IMG/VR virus record: IMGVR_UViG_3300004829_000003
Source of the DNA: a virus
DNA length: 33,570 nucleotides
Strand: one strand, 5' to 3'
Below are positions 22,927 to 32,786 of the stretch, in pieces (within the stretch, counting starts at the first letter, position 1; every line of letters starts with the position of its first letter). The position numbers were made by a program, and so were the translations under genes. The notes beneath the pieces are model-generated. The model had not been told where the DNA came from and made no database searches. It worked only from the letters and a program-made list of their open reading frames with translations.

Positions 22927-25139
22927 TAAAACGCCACCTCAATAACCATACCGTTGATTTGCAAATCCAACGGTGCTGATTGTGATATAGTTACCCGTGG
23001 GTCTTTGCTAAAACCCAACGGCCTAAACTCTTCTTTGCCTGTTTGTTTAACACGCGGCTGTGAAGGATCAAAGTTTACATTACGAATAATCATATCAGTT
23101 CCGTTAACAGAAACAGATAATGTGTCGTTAAGGTCAAGGTCAACTAACGAAAGTCTACGTGGCCTTGCAGTCAAAGGCCCACCTTGCACGCCAGCATCAA
23201 TAGGCAGTGTCTTTAACTCTGGCGTAAACTTGTAACCAATCTCAGCAGACGTAGCTGTTGCGTCAACAGCAGATACATCTGCATTGCTACTAGCAACAGT
23301 AAATGCGCCTAAGTATTCTGTGCCTTCAACAACATCAACAGATGCACCATTGGCAAACACAGAAGATACATCAAAGACACCAGCAGTGCCTGTGTAATCC
23401 TTACTGCAATCAAGCTGAAAGTCAGTATCAAACTGTTCAAGATACAGCTTTGTTGTGCCATCACCTTGGTCACGCGACACAACAGCAAACAAGTTATTAT
23501 CTGTAGAGCCAACAGAAACGTAGTTACCGTTTGTTGTCCAGTTCATCCAACCCAGCTTTTTTTCATTACGAATGTGATAGAATACAGATATGTTGCCATC
23601 ACCATTTAAAAAGAAGCCATAAGCCCCAGACCTGTTTAATGAGCCTTTAACGACCGCTAGTTGCTTTGGATTGCTTATTAGGTGGGATGATAGCAGAGAT
23701 ACCATACCGCCAACGTAGGCCCCTTCAGAGTCCGCAAATACGTATTCCCTAACAGCAGTACCAGTTGACTGCACAAACAGTGTTGCACCATCAATAGATT
23801 GTGGTCTAACAAAGCCAGTACCAAATGGAGTCTGCGCAGATATCTTTGCGTTAGCTGGTGTCAATGGCTGTGTTGTTGAACTGGGAACAAAGAACTCACC
23901 TTGCGATGCAAACACTTGCAAGTCTCTGTTTGACACAAGATGACGAATGCGATTAGTTACACCAGCAGCAGCATCAAAGTCTATAGAGTCTGTGTCTTCG
24001 CCTTTGCCAACATCAAAATTAAAATACTCAGCAGTCTTAGAACCCCAGATACCATCAGGCTGGCTATCTGTTCCGCCAAACCATAAACGATTTTCATGGA
24101 ACGTAATTGCAGATGGGAAGCCACGGTATGTGGAATAAGACTGTTCATACCATTCTGTTGTCGCTGCTGTAGATTCAATAGTTACAGAACCACCGCCAAT
24201 ATCTTCTGAGTTGGCATTGTGACCTGTAGCAACTTCATACCTGTTGTCATCAATAACACGAGCAATGGTTTGCGCACCATTAATGTTGCTTGCAGATATG
24301 CCACCTACACCACCAGCATTTGCTATTGTTATTGATGCACCAGCAGCAAGGCCATGATTAACATGTATGATTTCAATTTCATCAACATCTTTCTTTGTTT
24401 TAATAGCATCAATATCTAACTGTTTTCTAATCGTGCCTTTAATGTTTCCAGTAACATTTTGCGCATCTGTAAAAGCAGTAATAACAACTTCTGTCTCACC
24501 AATTAATAATCTTGTGCCGACCATTGCACTATTAAAATAATCAGCACTTGTTGTAAAAGTTCTGCCAGTACCAGATGTGTGAGATGGCGTAATTGTTACG
24601 CCTGTGGCTTGGAAGTTATAGTATGGTTGATATGTTTTATTGCCATCAAGAGATGTATCAAACGCAAACTGCTCTCTAACAAATGTATCCAATGCAGTAC
24701 GTTTTAATATAACGGGAAAGAAATCTGAATGACAAAAGAACATAAAGTCACCAGATTGAGCAAATGTAATCTGCGGTATGCGTGCGCTTGTTATCTCAGA
24801 AAAAGCAACAGTTGTGCTTAATGATACTGCACCAGTAGTCGGGTTAATAAAGAACGCATCGATGTTTCCATTACGAAGAGCAATGATGTACTTCTCATCA
24901 TCAGAAAAAACAAACGGCTCAATCCTTATCTGTTGCGTTAAGGAACTGTCGTAAGTGTCTGAAAACTTATGGATAAATTTAGAGCCGGGCCTTTTTATAA
25001 CGCCACCTTCAGAACGTATAAAGAAGTTAGTAACCTTCTCCGCAGCGTTTTGATACACCTGCGAATCAGTCCTTGATGTTAAAGAAGGGCTGACTTCACC
25101 AAAAGAAAAGTTGTTTAAAGGTACACGAATGCGTGCCAT
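22926..25139 (-). CDS. Tail tubular protein B (T7 gp12-like, 737 aa)
   Basis: Size and position directly after the gp11-like gene; 1-nt overlaps on both sides. Confidence 0.7.
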   Translation of the reverse strand: MARIRVPLNNFSFGEVSPSLTSRTDSQVYQNAAEKVTNFFIRSEGGVIKRPGSKFIHKFSDTYDSSLTQQIRIEPFVFSDDEKYIIALRNGNIDAFFINPTTGAVSLSTTVAFSEITSARIPQITFAQSGDFMFFCHSDFFPVILKRTALDTFVREQFAFDTSLDGNKTYQPYYNFQATGVTITPSHTSGTGRTFTTSADYFNSAMVGTRLLIGETEVVITAFTDAQNVTGNIKGTIRKQLDIDAIKTKKDVDEIEIIHVNHGLAAGASITIANAGGVGGISASNINGAQTIARVIDDNRYEVATGHNANSEDIGGGSVTIESTAATTEWYEQSYSTYRGFPSAITFHENRLWFGGTDSQPDGIWGSKTAEYFNFDVGKGEDTDSIDFDAAAGVTNRIRHLVSNRDLQVFASQGEFFVPSSTTQPLTPANAKISAQTPFGTGFVRPQSIDGATLFVQSTGTAVREYVFADSEGAYVGGMVSLLSSHLISNPKQLAVVKGSLNRSGAYGFFLNGDGNISVFYHIRNEKKLGWMNWTTNGNYVSVGSTDNNLFAVVSRDQGDGTTKLYLEQFDTDFQLDCSKDYTGTAGVFDVSSVFANGASVDVVEGTEYLGAFTVASSNADVSAVDATATSAEIGYKFTPELKTLPIDAGVQGGPLTARPRRLSLVDLDLNDTLSVSVNGTDMIIRNVNFDPSQPRVKQTGKEEFRPLGFSKDPRVTISQSAPLDLQINGMVIEVAF

Positions 25140-25723
25140 TAACTTCTCCTTTCAGTAATGAACCTCGATGTTGTCAGCTTGCGTGTTGTTTGTTGCTGTG
25201 CATCAAGTGTCTTTGCTTGCTGCATTAGCAACTGAGCCTTACGCTCCATCATTTGAGCCATCTGCTCATCTCTAGCAATAGCCAATGCAAAACTTGCAGC
25301 CAAAGAATATTGAACAGCTAGTGTAAAGTAGCTTGGAAAGTCCAGTTCTCTTGCGCGAAAAGTATAATCAATAACTAATGTTGATGTATCTGATTCGTTA
25401 CAAAATATCTTATCGCCATATATCGTGTAAGCAATTAGTTGATCGTCTACCGTAACTGCATGCACCATAAGGTTGTCAGATGGCACTTGATATGCCGCAT
25501 CAAAGCGTCCAGTAGGAGCATTAGTTAATCTGTTTAACTGCGCCTGATTAGTCGCAAAACGCCAGCGTGTTGTACACAATGCTGTACGTACAGTATCCTC
25601 ATAAATATTATCCGCAACCAGTGCTTCTGTACTGTCTGCGGAAAACGAAGTAATAGGGTTCGCGCCAATAAGTATTAGGCCGCGAGACGCAATATCAATA
25701 TCTGAATTAGCTACACTACTCAT
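25139..25723 (-). CDS. Tail tubular protein A (T7 gp11-like, 194 aa)
   Basis: Size is nearly identical to T7 gp11 (196 aa). It sits after the capsid module, and the TTRWRFA region is typical of this family. Confidence 0.7.
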   Translation of the reverse strand: MSSVANSDIDIASRGLILIGANPITSFSADSTEALVADNIYEDTVRTALCTTRWRFATNQAQLNRLTNAPTGRFDAAYQVPSDNLMVHAVTVDDQLIAYTIYGDKIFCNESDTSTLVIDYTFRARELDFPSYFTLAVQYSLAASFALAIARDEQMAQMMERKAQLLMQQAKTLDAQQQTTRKLTTSRFITERRS

Positions 25724-25730
25724 GTGGTTA

Positions 25731-25750
25731 TGGGGGGCTTACGCCCCCCA
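25731..25750 (-). terminator. GC-rich hairpin after the capsid genes (attenuator/RNA-stabiliser candidate; no U-run)
   Basis: TGGGGGGC-ttac-GCCCCCCA. On the transcribed minus strand the loop reads GTAA (GNRA). It lies in the 32-nt gap between the 87-aa gene and the gp11-like gene. Confidence 0.45.
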
Positions 25751-25755
25751 CTTCC

Positions 25756-26019
25756 TTAGTCGGTGTCTGAAACTGTCAGAGCAGTACCGTCAGCAATGTC
25801 GACAACGCCGCTTGCATTAGACAGAACTACAGATATGCCCATTGTAGGAGCATCTGAGTCATAGACAAAAACAACGTCACCAACATTCATCATTGTAGAT
25901 GCGTCATTGAAGTAGCCAGATACACGAACTGCTGAAAGTGCATCTGTTGAGGTGTAGAACCACAGATTGTGACCGCCACCAGTAGCCATATTAGTTAGGC
26001 CAGAAGCTGAAAAAGCCAT
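25756..26019 (-). CDS. Small 87-aa protein downstream of the capsid gene (possible capsid-associated protein)
   Basis: Track ORF 10 nt after the capsid stop. Function is inferred from position only. Confidence 0.6.
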   Translation of the reverse strand: MAFSASGLTNMATGGGHNLWFYTSTDALSAVRVSGYFNDASTMMNVGDVVFVYDSDAPTMGISVVLSNASGVVDIADGTALTVSDTD

Positions 26020-26029
26020 GCTCTACTCC

Positions 26030-26845
26030 TTATGTGTTGTTATCAAGGACTTCATAGATACCATTGTCATCAATAACAGTAGCACCCATTGACATCATTG
26101 AAGTTGCAAGGTGTGCAGCTTTTTGCGGCACATAATTAATTTCAGTTTGAACATCTGAGTTGATGCCCAAGCCGACAGCAGATGTGTGGTAAGCCATGTT
26201 CTTACCAGCAGTAATTGCTGATGTAGAGAAAATCTTGAAGCCAAGAAATTCTTTCATGGTCATGCCACCTGCGTATGGCAGGTTCTGCTCACCAACAAAA
26301 TCGCTTGAAGCAAATTCGTTAATCAAGAACAGATCAGCATATCCCTTCGGATGCATAGCCAAGTAGCGACCACCATCTTCTGGGATATTTGCAGAGCCAA
26401 ATGTTTCAAACAATGACAGCAAGTCTGCCTTTTCAAGAGCAGATGATGTGTCATGGATTTGAGTTGAGTTAGCACCTGAATCCATTGCACTATAAAGAAT
26501 CTCGTCAGTCTTACGACCAAGAGCAGCAGCAGCAGATTGTGCTACAGCTTGACGTTCATCAATATTAGTCTTTAGTTCATCGAGCTTGTCGATGTACTCA
26601 GCCGCGTAATGGTCAGCCATAGTTGCCTCAACCTGTGTGTGGGTGAGTTCCATAGCGGTAATGTCACCATTGCGTGACTTTGTAGAAGCAGAACCAGTAC
26701 CGATTTTTTGGAAGCGAACAGTGCTACCAGCGACATTGCCAACTGTGCGTACAGTGTTACGCAACTTTGAACCCATGCGCTGATAAGCCATGTGAACTTC
26801 TGACTCGAACTGCTTGATAAATGCGACATCAATAGTATTCGCCAT
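26030..26845 (-). CDS. Major capsid protein (T7 gp10-like HK97 fold, short 271-aa form)
   Basis: FIKQFESEVHMAYQRMGSKLRNTVR...VRFQKIG...ATMADHYAAEYIDKLDELKTNIDERQ...LGRKTDEILY follows the T7-like capsid N-terminal pattern. It is preceded by a 100-nt gap with an AAAGGA RBS. Confidence 0.75.
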   Translation of the reverse strand: MANTIDVAFIKQFESEVHMAYQRMGSKLRNTVRTVGNVAGSTVRFQKIGTGSASTKSRNGDITAMELTHTQVEATMADHYAAEYIDKLDELKTNIDERQAVAQSAAAALGRKTDEILYSAMDSGANSTQIHDTSSALEKADLLSLFETFGSANIPEDGGRYLAMHPKGYADLFLINEFASSDFVGEQNLPYAGGMTMKEFLGFKIFSTSAITAGKNMAYHTSAVGLGINSDVQTEINYVPQKAAHLATSMMSMGATVIDDNGIYEVLDNNT

Positions 26846-26947
26846 TTTATCAGTCCTTTCAAAAGAGGTTTACGTTTACTACACAGTTGTCCGTTACATC
26901 GCGTCAATCGGTTATCCCGTAGGGCCGTCAGCTAGAAACAGGCTGTA

Positions 26948-27493
26948 TTAATCAAATCTCACTTCTATCTCTGGTTGGCAACGCACAAAACGTAAACAAT
27001 GATAACCATTTATAACGGTAGGTTGATTTGAAAAAGAATATCCCAACCAATCAAGCCACTTGATTGTGCGCTCGTGTTCAATAGGAACAAGGTTTTCTAC
27101 CCAATCATATTGGTTGCAAAGCCAATCAGACATTAACTTTGATGTTGTAAGAAACTTACGCGGCTGCTCATCCAATACATTAGAGCCTAGCAACCATATA
27201 TGCCCAGAAGAAAGATTGGCTGTGTTTTCAAAGGGATAAACACCAAACATACATACAGGCTCATCTTTGTATAAACCTGTCCAAGTTTTTGCATGTTTGC
27301 TAGATAAAGGTACGTGGAGCGCACGCCACGGTGTTGCGCCGTGAATCATGCACTCCCGTATATCGGTGTCTCGAAGATGATGTTGTAAATATCCAGCATG
27401 TTCTATTGTTGCTGTTACAATCTTTACATCACCGTCTTCATGGAAGGCGTTAATTGAAGACTTTGGAAAAGCCTGCTTGGACTTCCTTGACAT
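26948..27493 (-). CDS. Hypothetical 181-aa protein between scaffold and capsid
   Basis: Track ORF overlapping the scaffold 3' end by 44 nt. HLRDTDIRE and the overall pattern are vaguely like a phage DUF family with a GNAT-like fold, from memory, unverified. Confidence 0.55.
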   Translation of the reverse strand: MSRKSKQAFPKSSINAFHEDGDVKIVTATIEHAGYLQHHLRDTDIRECMIHGATPWRALHVPLSSKHAKTWTGLYKDEPVCMFGVYPFENTANLSSGHIWLLGSNVLDEQPRKFLTTSKLMSDWLCNQYDWVENLVPIEHERTIKWLDWLGYSFSNQPTVINGYHCLRFVRCQPEIEVRFD

Positions 27494-28163
27494 AGGCTGG
27501 GTCTCTTTTCGCTGGATTCCAGTAACGCTCGTCAGTCATCATAGAGCGCAGTTTATCCTCTGTCATCCCAGTAGGTAAGCCTGCATCAGCAGACATTTGC
27601 GCACCACCTACTTTAGACATAATAAACTCAAGAGCCTCAATGCCCTTTGCCGTTTGCCCAATCTGCAAGATAGCATCAGCATGTTCTTCTGGGAAAAACT
27701 TGTTTGCCCATAGGTCAACAGCCTCAATACGTGCATCAGCATTGTCACCAAGATTAGCACGCTCTTGTTGCAGGTCAGGTGTTTGTGAATTGATAAACTC
27801 TGCATATTGCGCAATGCCAGATTCAAACTCTTCTTGGCTGTACGCATTTTCAAATGCATGATCAGCCCACCATTGGAACAGTGGATTATCAACAACCATT
27901 TCTGCATCAACAGATTCTGGTATCTGATAATCACCAGCAGTAGCTGGCCTGTTTTCATAGGCAGCAGCTTCAAACTCCTGTATGATTTGCTGCCGCAGTT
28001 CTTCTTGACCAGCACCAAGTTTCTGCTCAAGGGATTGATAAGAAGACGCAAGGTCTTCTGGTGTATTAAATTTTTCTGGTAGCCATTCTGGACGTTCAGC
28101 TACAGGTGCTTCAGTTGTGGCTGTGGCTTCAGCCGCTACTTCTACATTATCTGCTTCGCTCAT
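27450..28163 (-). CDS. Scaffolding protein
   Basis: Acidic and helical; PEWLPEKFNTPEDLASSYQSLEQKLG motif. It lies between portal and capsid. Confidence 0.7.
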   Translation of the reverse strand: MSEADNVEVAAEATATTEAPVAERPEWLPEKFNTPEDLASSYQSLEQKLGAGQEELRQQIIQEFEAAAYENRPATAGDYQIPESVDAEMVVDNPLFQWWADHAFENAYSQEEFESGIAQYAEFINSQTPDLQQERANLGDNADARIEAVDLWANKFFPEEHADAILQIGQTAKGIEALEFIMSKVGGAQMSADAGLPTGMTEDKLRSMMTDERYWNPAKRDPAYVKEVQAGFSKVFN

Positions 28164-28411
28164 TTCTTTGCCTTTTCTGCTTGTTTAAATCGCCTCTCTA
28201 TGAGGCCCACTAAATAACGCTGACCTTCTAAATGACGTAGTTCAGCGTCAGATATGTTCGCGCCACTTACAGATTCAATAGTGATAGAGCGTAAATACTG
28301 CATCACTGCCTTACCATTGGGTGTGCGGAACAAACTGTTTATGTTCTGGGATATTCTATCGTCTTCTTCCTTGGGGCGTGGAAACCCATCAAGGCCTAAG
28401 TTGAGTGACAT
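28160..28411 (-). CDS. Bbp19-like small conserved protein (83 aa)
   Basis: Trimmed to ATG 28411. LFRTPNGKAVMQYLRS...LEGQRYLVGLIE matches the Bbp19-type pattern from memory. Confidence 0.5.
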   Translation of the reverse strand: MSLNLGLDGFPRPKEEDDRISQNINSLFRTPNGKAVMQYLRSITIESVSGANISDAELRHLEGQRYLVGLIERRFKQAEKAKK

Positions 28412-29930
28412 CTGGTACTTCACCTCTTTGCTGTGCTTGTTGGTATCTTTGCGCTGCTTCCGCAAGCTGCTGTCGCTCTACGCTATCACGCACAAGACTA
28501 TCAGGCACACCAAATTTTTCAGCCAAATGTACTGCAACATCTTCAGATTTGATAAGCAAATTCAAAATCTCAGGCCCGAATGTACCACCAACAAGCTGTA
28601 AATATCTTGATATAGAAGTAATATCTTGATTTGCTTGCGCTTGTGCAAGGGGCGAAACTGAACGAACTTTAACTTCTCTGCCATTAATAACAGGAACCTC
28701 AATGCGCCCCTGCTTTTTCAAAATGTACACAACACGTTGAAGTATTGGTTGAACCATCTCAGCCTGTAGTCTACCAAAGGCAGACCCAATCCTTCTTGAT
28801 AAATCAGCCATGCGTTCTGCAACTTCAGTGGCTGATGCTGGTGTTTTGTTTGGGTCGCCAAGCATATCATTATACAAAGCTCTCTTTATATTGTTGCGCA
28901 TATCATTGAGAATAAGATTAGCAACATTAAAGTCACCAGCAGCACGTATTGGCTGCAATCCCATTGAACCCATCGCCTTTGGGATGATAGTCCCCGGAAC
29001 AAGATTGATTGTATCTGTGTTCATAACGCCATCATCATCCATCTGATAGATGCCTGAGATAGCCATTTGTGCATTTTCAAGAACAAGCTCGATTGTTAAA
29101 TTAGTTGTCTTGATTGCGCTAAGGGCGTTGACAAGAGGGCCACGCCCATAAATTTCGCCACTAGCTTTAGACCAACGGAAACATATAAATGGATTTGAGC
29201 CAGTGCCTTTAAACTGTTCGTAATAAATTATTTCTTCGTTGGCAATATCGATGACATAATAGTCATAACGCTCTTCATTACGTTTTTCATAATTTCTACA
29301 AACCAGTTCCAGAATCTTACACTCTGCTTCTGGCTGTGTTGCAATAGCTTTAGCAAGTCGTTCTGAAACGACAGCACGCTCATAGGCAACAGGAATCGAA
29401 CGGTTCTTAAGAGTCCTCTCTCTAAACACATGGTCAATCGAGCCATCTGCACCTGCGTCCAGCACGACAGACGGAAGCGGTATCGCGTTAAAGCGTACTG
29501 GATTGAGAGCATCACCTTCTTCAACAAGCAACACACCTGTTCCAACAGCCAAGTCCATAAATGATTCATGTATTTCTTGACCAAAATTAGAAGATTGCAG
29601 AACTTCAAAAACATAATCAGTCACCACATCAAGTTGATTATTTACTTGGTCGACCTGTTCATCTGGTATTTCAGAACCAGCAACAAAGTCTGCCCAACGT
29701 GCAAAGTTTGGCACAAGACCAGATTGTAGACGAGACGCAAACTCTTGCGTTCCTACAACGGCAGTTTCGTCAAAGATTTTATCATCACGGCGTTGACCAG
29801 CAACTTCATAATAAAAACCTTGCCGCATAGGTAGTGCATATTCATAGCACTCGTCAAACAATGGCTCAAAGTTTAAGCGTTTTTCTTTAGCACGCTCATA
29901 CTTTTCCAACATCATTTTTGTCTGATGCAT
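28389..29930 (-). CDS. Portal (T7-type head-to-tail connector)
   Basis: 513 aa, downstream of terL. The N-terminal RLNFEPLFDECYEYALPMRQ matches the 'R.p.e..w.e...Y.lP' connector pattern. Confidence 0.8.
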   Translation of the reverse strand: MHQTKMMLEKYERAKEKRLNFEPLFDECYEYALPMRQGFYYEVAGQRRDDKIFDETAVVGTQEFASRLQSGLVPNFARWADFVAGSEIPDEQVDQVNNQLDVVTDYVFEVLQSSNFGQEIHESFMDLAVGTGVLLVEEGDALNPVRFNAIPLPSVVLDAGADGSIDHVFRERTLKNRSIPVAYERAVVSERLAKAIATQPEAECKILELVCRNYEKRNEERYDYYVIDIANEEIIYYEQFKGTGSNPFICFRWSKASGEIYGRGPLVNALSAIKTTNLTIELVLENAQMAISGIYQMDDDGVMNTDTINLVPGTIIPKAMGSMGLQPIRAAGDFNVANLILNDMRNNIKRALYNDMLGDPNKTPASATEVAERMADLSRRIGSAFGRLQAEMVQPILQRVVYILKKQGRIEVPVINGREVKVRSVSPLAQAQANQDITSISRYLQLVGGTFGPEILNLLIKSEDVAVHLAEKFGVPDSLVRDSVERQQLAEAAQRYQQAQQRGEVPDVTQLRP

Positions 29931-30181
29931 TATAGAGTCTCGTCAAAATAACCCATGCCGCCTCTGCCGCCTGTAAGCAAAGAGGTTGCACCAGTGCCAC
30001 GGCGTTGTTGCTTTACCGTTTTTTCTAAACGCTCTTCTCGTGTTCTTGCCTGCTCTCTTCTTTCTTGAGCTTCGGCCTCTTCACGAGATTGTTTTTCTCT
30101 TGCCTTTGCAGCTTCTTGTTCAGCCTTTTCTTCTGCTGTTAAGCCTTGAACCTGCGGCCTTGCTGGTCTACCTACACACAT
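29930..30181 (-). CDS. Hypothetical 83-aa charged protein upstream of portal
   Basis: Trimmed to ATG 30181, 7 nt after AGGAG. Glu/Arg/Lys-rich helix, then RRGTGATSLLTGGRGGMG. Confidence 0.6.
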   Translation of the reverse strand: MCVGRPARPQVQGLTAEEKAEQEAAKAREKQSREEAEAQERREQARTREERLEKTVKQQRRGTGATSLLTGGRGGMGYFDETL

Positions 30182-30238
30182 AAGCAATCTCCTTTAGTTT
30201 TTCATACAGTTGCTTTTGCATATAAAGCAACGCACATT

Positions 30239-31777
30239 TTACATTCTAGCCCATAAGCCTTTGCGCTTCTGGCGTGGTTTTCTTGTAAAAACATCAAAAT
30301 TACGCTCTGCTTGAAACGGTTTAGGCGCATGCTGCATATTCGTCAAGATTGCACGCCCCTCGCCAGAACCAAGCATTAAATACTGCAAAGCGTCATGTAT
30401 ATGTGAAAAATGATTTTTATCTGGCTTATCCATGTAACGCTCACCAGATACTTGCAACCGTCTGTATTGATAGCCGCCCTCAAAGCCCTTGATTATATTA
30501 CGACACCTAAAGTCAACCAATAATCCTGAACTACCATCAACCATGCGATTGAGTGCTGAATTAACTGATTCAATCCTAAGAGATACATCATTAGACGGGG
30601 CTGGACGTGCGTTAAGACCTGCGCCGCGTAGTATCTGAAATGGAGTTGACTCATCAGTTTGAGCGCGGAAATCACCTGCTGGATCACCGAAAATGATAGC
30701 TTCATTAGTTGCATATTTTGTAGATAGTTCTTGTCGGAGGACTTCGGTAAACTTAACGATGCCCATATCAAACGCTACTATCTCCTGTAATATCAACCAA
30801 CGTCCACGCACTTTTTGTGCAACTACCCCAGCAGGAGTAAGGCCAAAATCAAGACCAATATAAACAGGTAGTCCTGCGGCAACAGGTATTTCTTCTTTGG
30901 CAACATGGACATCTGCTGCAAAATTGGCATAAACGGGTTTACCATCTTTGATACTCCCAAGGCGATTCATCACATATACATCTATCCAACTCTTCGTCTT
31001 CCCTTGTACAATGTTCGGATAGTAGTCGGCTCTCATATTGTTTACGTTTTCTGCGTTCTTGTTTAGCACGTAACCTGTAATGATCCCTTCTTCGTCCTTT
31101 GTTTCCAGCATGCCTGCTGGTTGTGTGTAGAAATTCCAGTTGTCTGGCTTGACCAACATCTTCGCTTCTTCTTTGGGAATATGATCTGGAACGGGAACTT
31201 CGCCTGACATTATAGGCCACCAGTGATCTTCTTCTGGCGCGTTTGTGTCGGCTATAACTCCTGTCCATGTGCATCCACCATCTTTCATTGAAGGAAAACG
31301 ACCTACACGCATAGAGCATGCGTCAATAATAGATTTGGGTATCTCCCTCGCCTCGTTAATCCAGATACCTGTCAATTCTAGGGAGAGGAGTTTCTTGACA
31401 TCTTCTGGTCTGTCGAGAGCGAGGAAGATAACTTCAAGGTCTAGGTCTGCTTTTTTAATGTGATGTGTATATGGCACAGACCAATGGAATTTGCCCCAGT
31501 CCTCTTCTGGAAACCAATCCAACCAAGTTTTAATAGTGGTAGTTTTTAACTGTGGGTTTGTGTTTCTGATAACAGCCCAGCGTGATTTGCGTACACCATC
31601 TGCACCTTTCTCTTGCTGCACAGCACGCCTAAACAATTCAACGCAGCAACAAACAGACTTGCCTGACCCGACAGGGCCACGCAATGCACGAAAGAACGAG
31701 TCGTCTTTCATAAAAGATTTTAGGACTTCGCCATCAGGTTTGTATTTAAATTTGGTCAATCTTGTGATCCTTACCAA
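30239..31777 (-). CDS. terL: Terminase large subunit
   Basis: Walker A GPVGSGKS, Walker B-like LELTGIWINEA, 512 aa, immediately upstream of portal. Confidence 0.85.
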   Translation of the reverse strand: MVRITRLTKFKYKPDGEVLKSFMKDDSFFRALRGPVGSGKSVCCCVELFRRAVQQEKGADGVRKSRWAVIRNTNPQLKTTTIKTWLDWFPEEDWGKFHWSVPYTHHIKKADLDLEVIFLALDRPEDVKKLLSLELTGIWINEAREIPKSIIDACSMRVGRFPSMKDGGCTWTGVIADTNAPEEDHWWPIMSGEVPVPDHIPKEEAKMLVKPDNWNFYTQPAGMLETKDEEGIITGYVLNKNAENVNNMRADYYPNIVQGKTKSWIDVYVMNRLGSIKDGKPVYANFAADVHVAKEEIPVAAGLPVYIGLDFGLTPAGVVAQKVRGRWLILQEIVAFDMGIVKFTEVLRQELSTKYATNEAIIFGDPAGDFRAQTDESTPFQILRGAGLNARPAPSNDVSLRIESVNSALNRMVDGSSGLLVDFRCRNIIKGFEGGYQYRRLQVSGERYMDKPDKNHFSHIHDALQYLMLGSGEGRAILTNMQHAPKPFQAERNFDVFTRKPRQKRKGLWARM

Positions 31778-31940
31778 ACTTAATCATACGTTCCACAACC
31801 TCTGGCCCGATAACAGCAATAACTTTGTCTGCTTCTCTGTCAGTCTGGAACTGTTTAGGATGGTAAGCAAGATGCACTTTCTTGACAATCTGGCGCAGCA
31901 TATCGCGCTCTTCACGCTTTAGTGTGTGTAGGAAGCTCAT
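31746..31940 (-). CDS. Hypothetical 64-aa protein
   Basis: Track ORF. It overlaps terL by 32 nt and the upstream gene by 4 nt. Confidence 0.5.
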   Translation of the reverse strand: MSFLHTLKREERDMLRQIVKKVHLAYHPKQFQTDREADKVIAVIGPEVVERMIKFGKDHKIDQI

Positions 31941-32188
31941 CTGTATCTTTTGGTTTTAGCTGATATCTTTTTAGGTTGTTTGGAGAACTGCTTACCAGCA
32001 CGAGTTGCTCTTCTTTTAGCAGCAGTGGACGCTGCATATTCTTGCGGCGATAACGCCTTGATTGCGGCTGATGGTAGATAACGCTCACCTGTGGCTTTTG
32101 GTCCTTGTGTGGATGGCTTGCCACTTTTGGTTCTCCATTTTTGTTTTGTCCACTTCCGTAAAGAAGCCTGTGACGGTCTTAAAGCCAT
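31937..32188 (-). CDS. Basic 83-aa protein
   Basis: LRKWTKQKWRTKSGKPS...GERYLP...KRRATRAGKQFSKQPKK; Lys/Arg-rich. This motif type is seen in small phage and giant-virus proteins, from memory. Confidence 0.6.
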   Translation of the reverse strand: MALRPSQASLRKWTKQKWRTKSGKPSTQGPKATGERYLPSAAIKALSPQEYAASTAAKRRATRAGKQFSKQPKKISAKTKRYR

Positions 32189-32619
32189 AGTTTCTTTCTC
32201 GCTACAATATAAAAAAAGCCAGCAAACATAAACAAAATAGCAAGAGATAAAGAAACAATGCCGATAACTTCAATCATCTTCTCTCTTTTTAGCCGCGCCT
32301 CTTTTATTTGTCTTTGTCTTTTAGCCCTAGCATCTGCTTGGAACTTAACCCAATCTTCCCACAGACCATAACGTCCGTAAAGGTACATCATGCTTTTAAG
32401 TTCAGCCTCTTTTCTTTTAATCTCTTCAAGAGCCATAAACTCTTGTAGGTCGTTACCAAATGTACTGTTACGCTTCTTGCTTGCTTTGGATTGCAGGTCT
32501 TCCTTTGCAAATGCAAAATCCGCAATCGCTTGCCCTGCCGATGCAAGTTCCTTCCCGTTTGCAATCGTTGTCTTGATGATTGCAAATGCACCGTTTATTG
32601 CCGCAAGCTCTGCTAACAT
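32179..32619 (-). CDS. Coiled-coil protein with C-terminal TM anchor (146 aa)
   Basis: Charged helical centre (KRQRQIKEARLKREK) and C-terminal VIGIVSLSLAILFMFAGFFYIV. Confidence 0.6.
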   Translation of the reverse strand: MLAELAAINGAFAIIKTTIANGKELASAGQAIADFAFAKEDLQSKASKKRNSTFGNDLQEFMALEEIKRKEAELKSMMYLYGRYGLWEDWVKFQADARAKRQRQIKEARLKREKMIEVIGIVSLSLAILFMFAGFFYIVARKKLWL

Positions 32620-32786
32620 TAGTTTCTATAACCGCCACCCTTTGCTTTATAAGCTTTCGCTAACATTTGCGCTTTCCTTGCTGACCACTGACCACTGCGG
32701 CCACCCTTGTTGCCAGCCTTGATGCGGTTAAACAATGCTTTACGCATTGCAGGTTTGGTGTAATTACCAGCAGCATTGACAGCCAT
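32619..32786 (-). CDS. Basic 55-aa micro-protein
   Basis: Hand translation MAVNAAGNYTKPAMRKALFNRIKAGNKGGRSGQWSARKAQMLAKAYKAKGGGYRN. TAATG overlaps at both ends; below the track cutoff. Confidence 0.6.
   Translation of the reverse strand: MAVNAAGNYTKPAMRKALFNRIKAGNKGGRSGQWSARKAQMLAKAYKAKGGGYRN

Noticed and set aside
30209-30231. Hairpin GTTGCTTT-tgcatat-AAAGCAAC between terL and the 83-aa gene
   Set aside because: It is an AT-rich 8-bp stem with no U-run on the transcribed strand, inside a tightly coupled operon. It is too weak to call a terminator.
353-31319. Nested or antisense track ORFs inside long genes (for example 353..646, 3881..4357, 11264..11704, 19600..19929, 21765..22190, 27608..28051, 29228..29614, 30939..31319)
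   Set aside because: Each lies wholly within a longer, motif-supported or synteny-supported gene in another frame or strand. They have skewed composition and no RBS.
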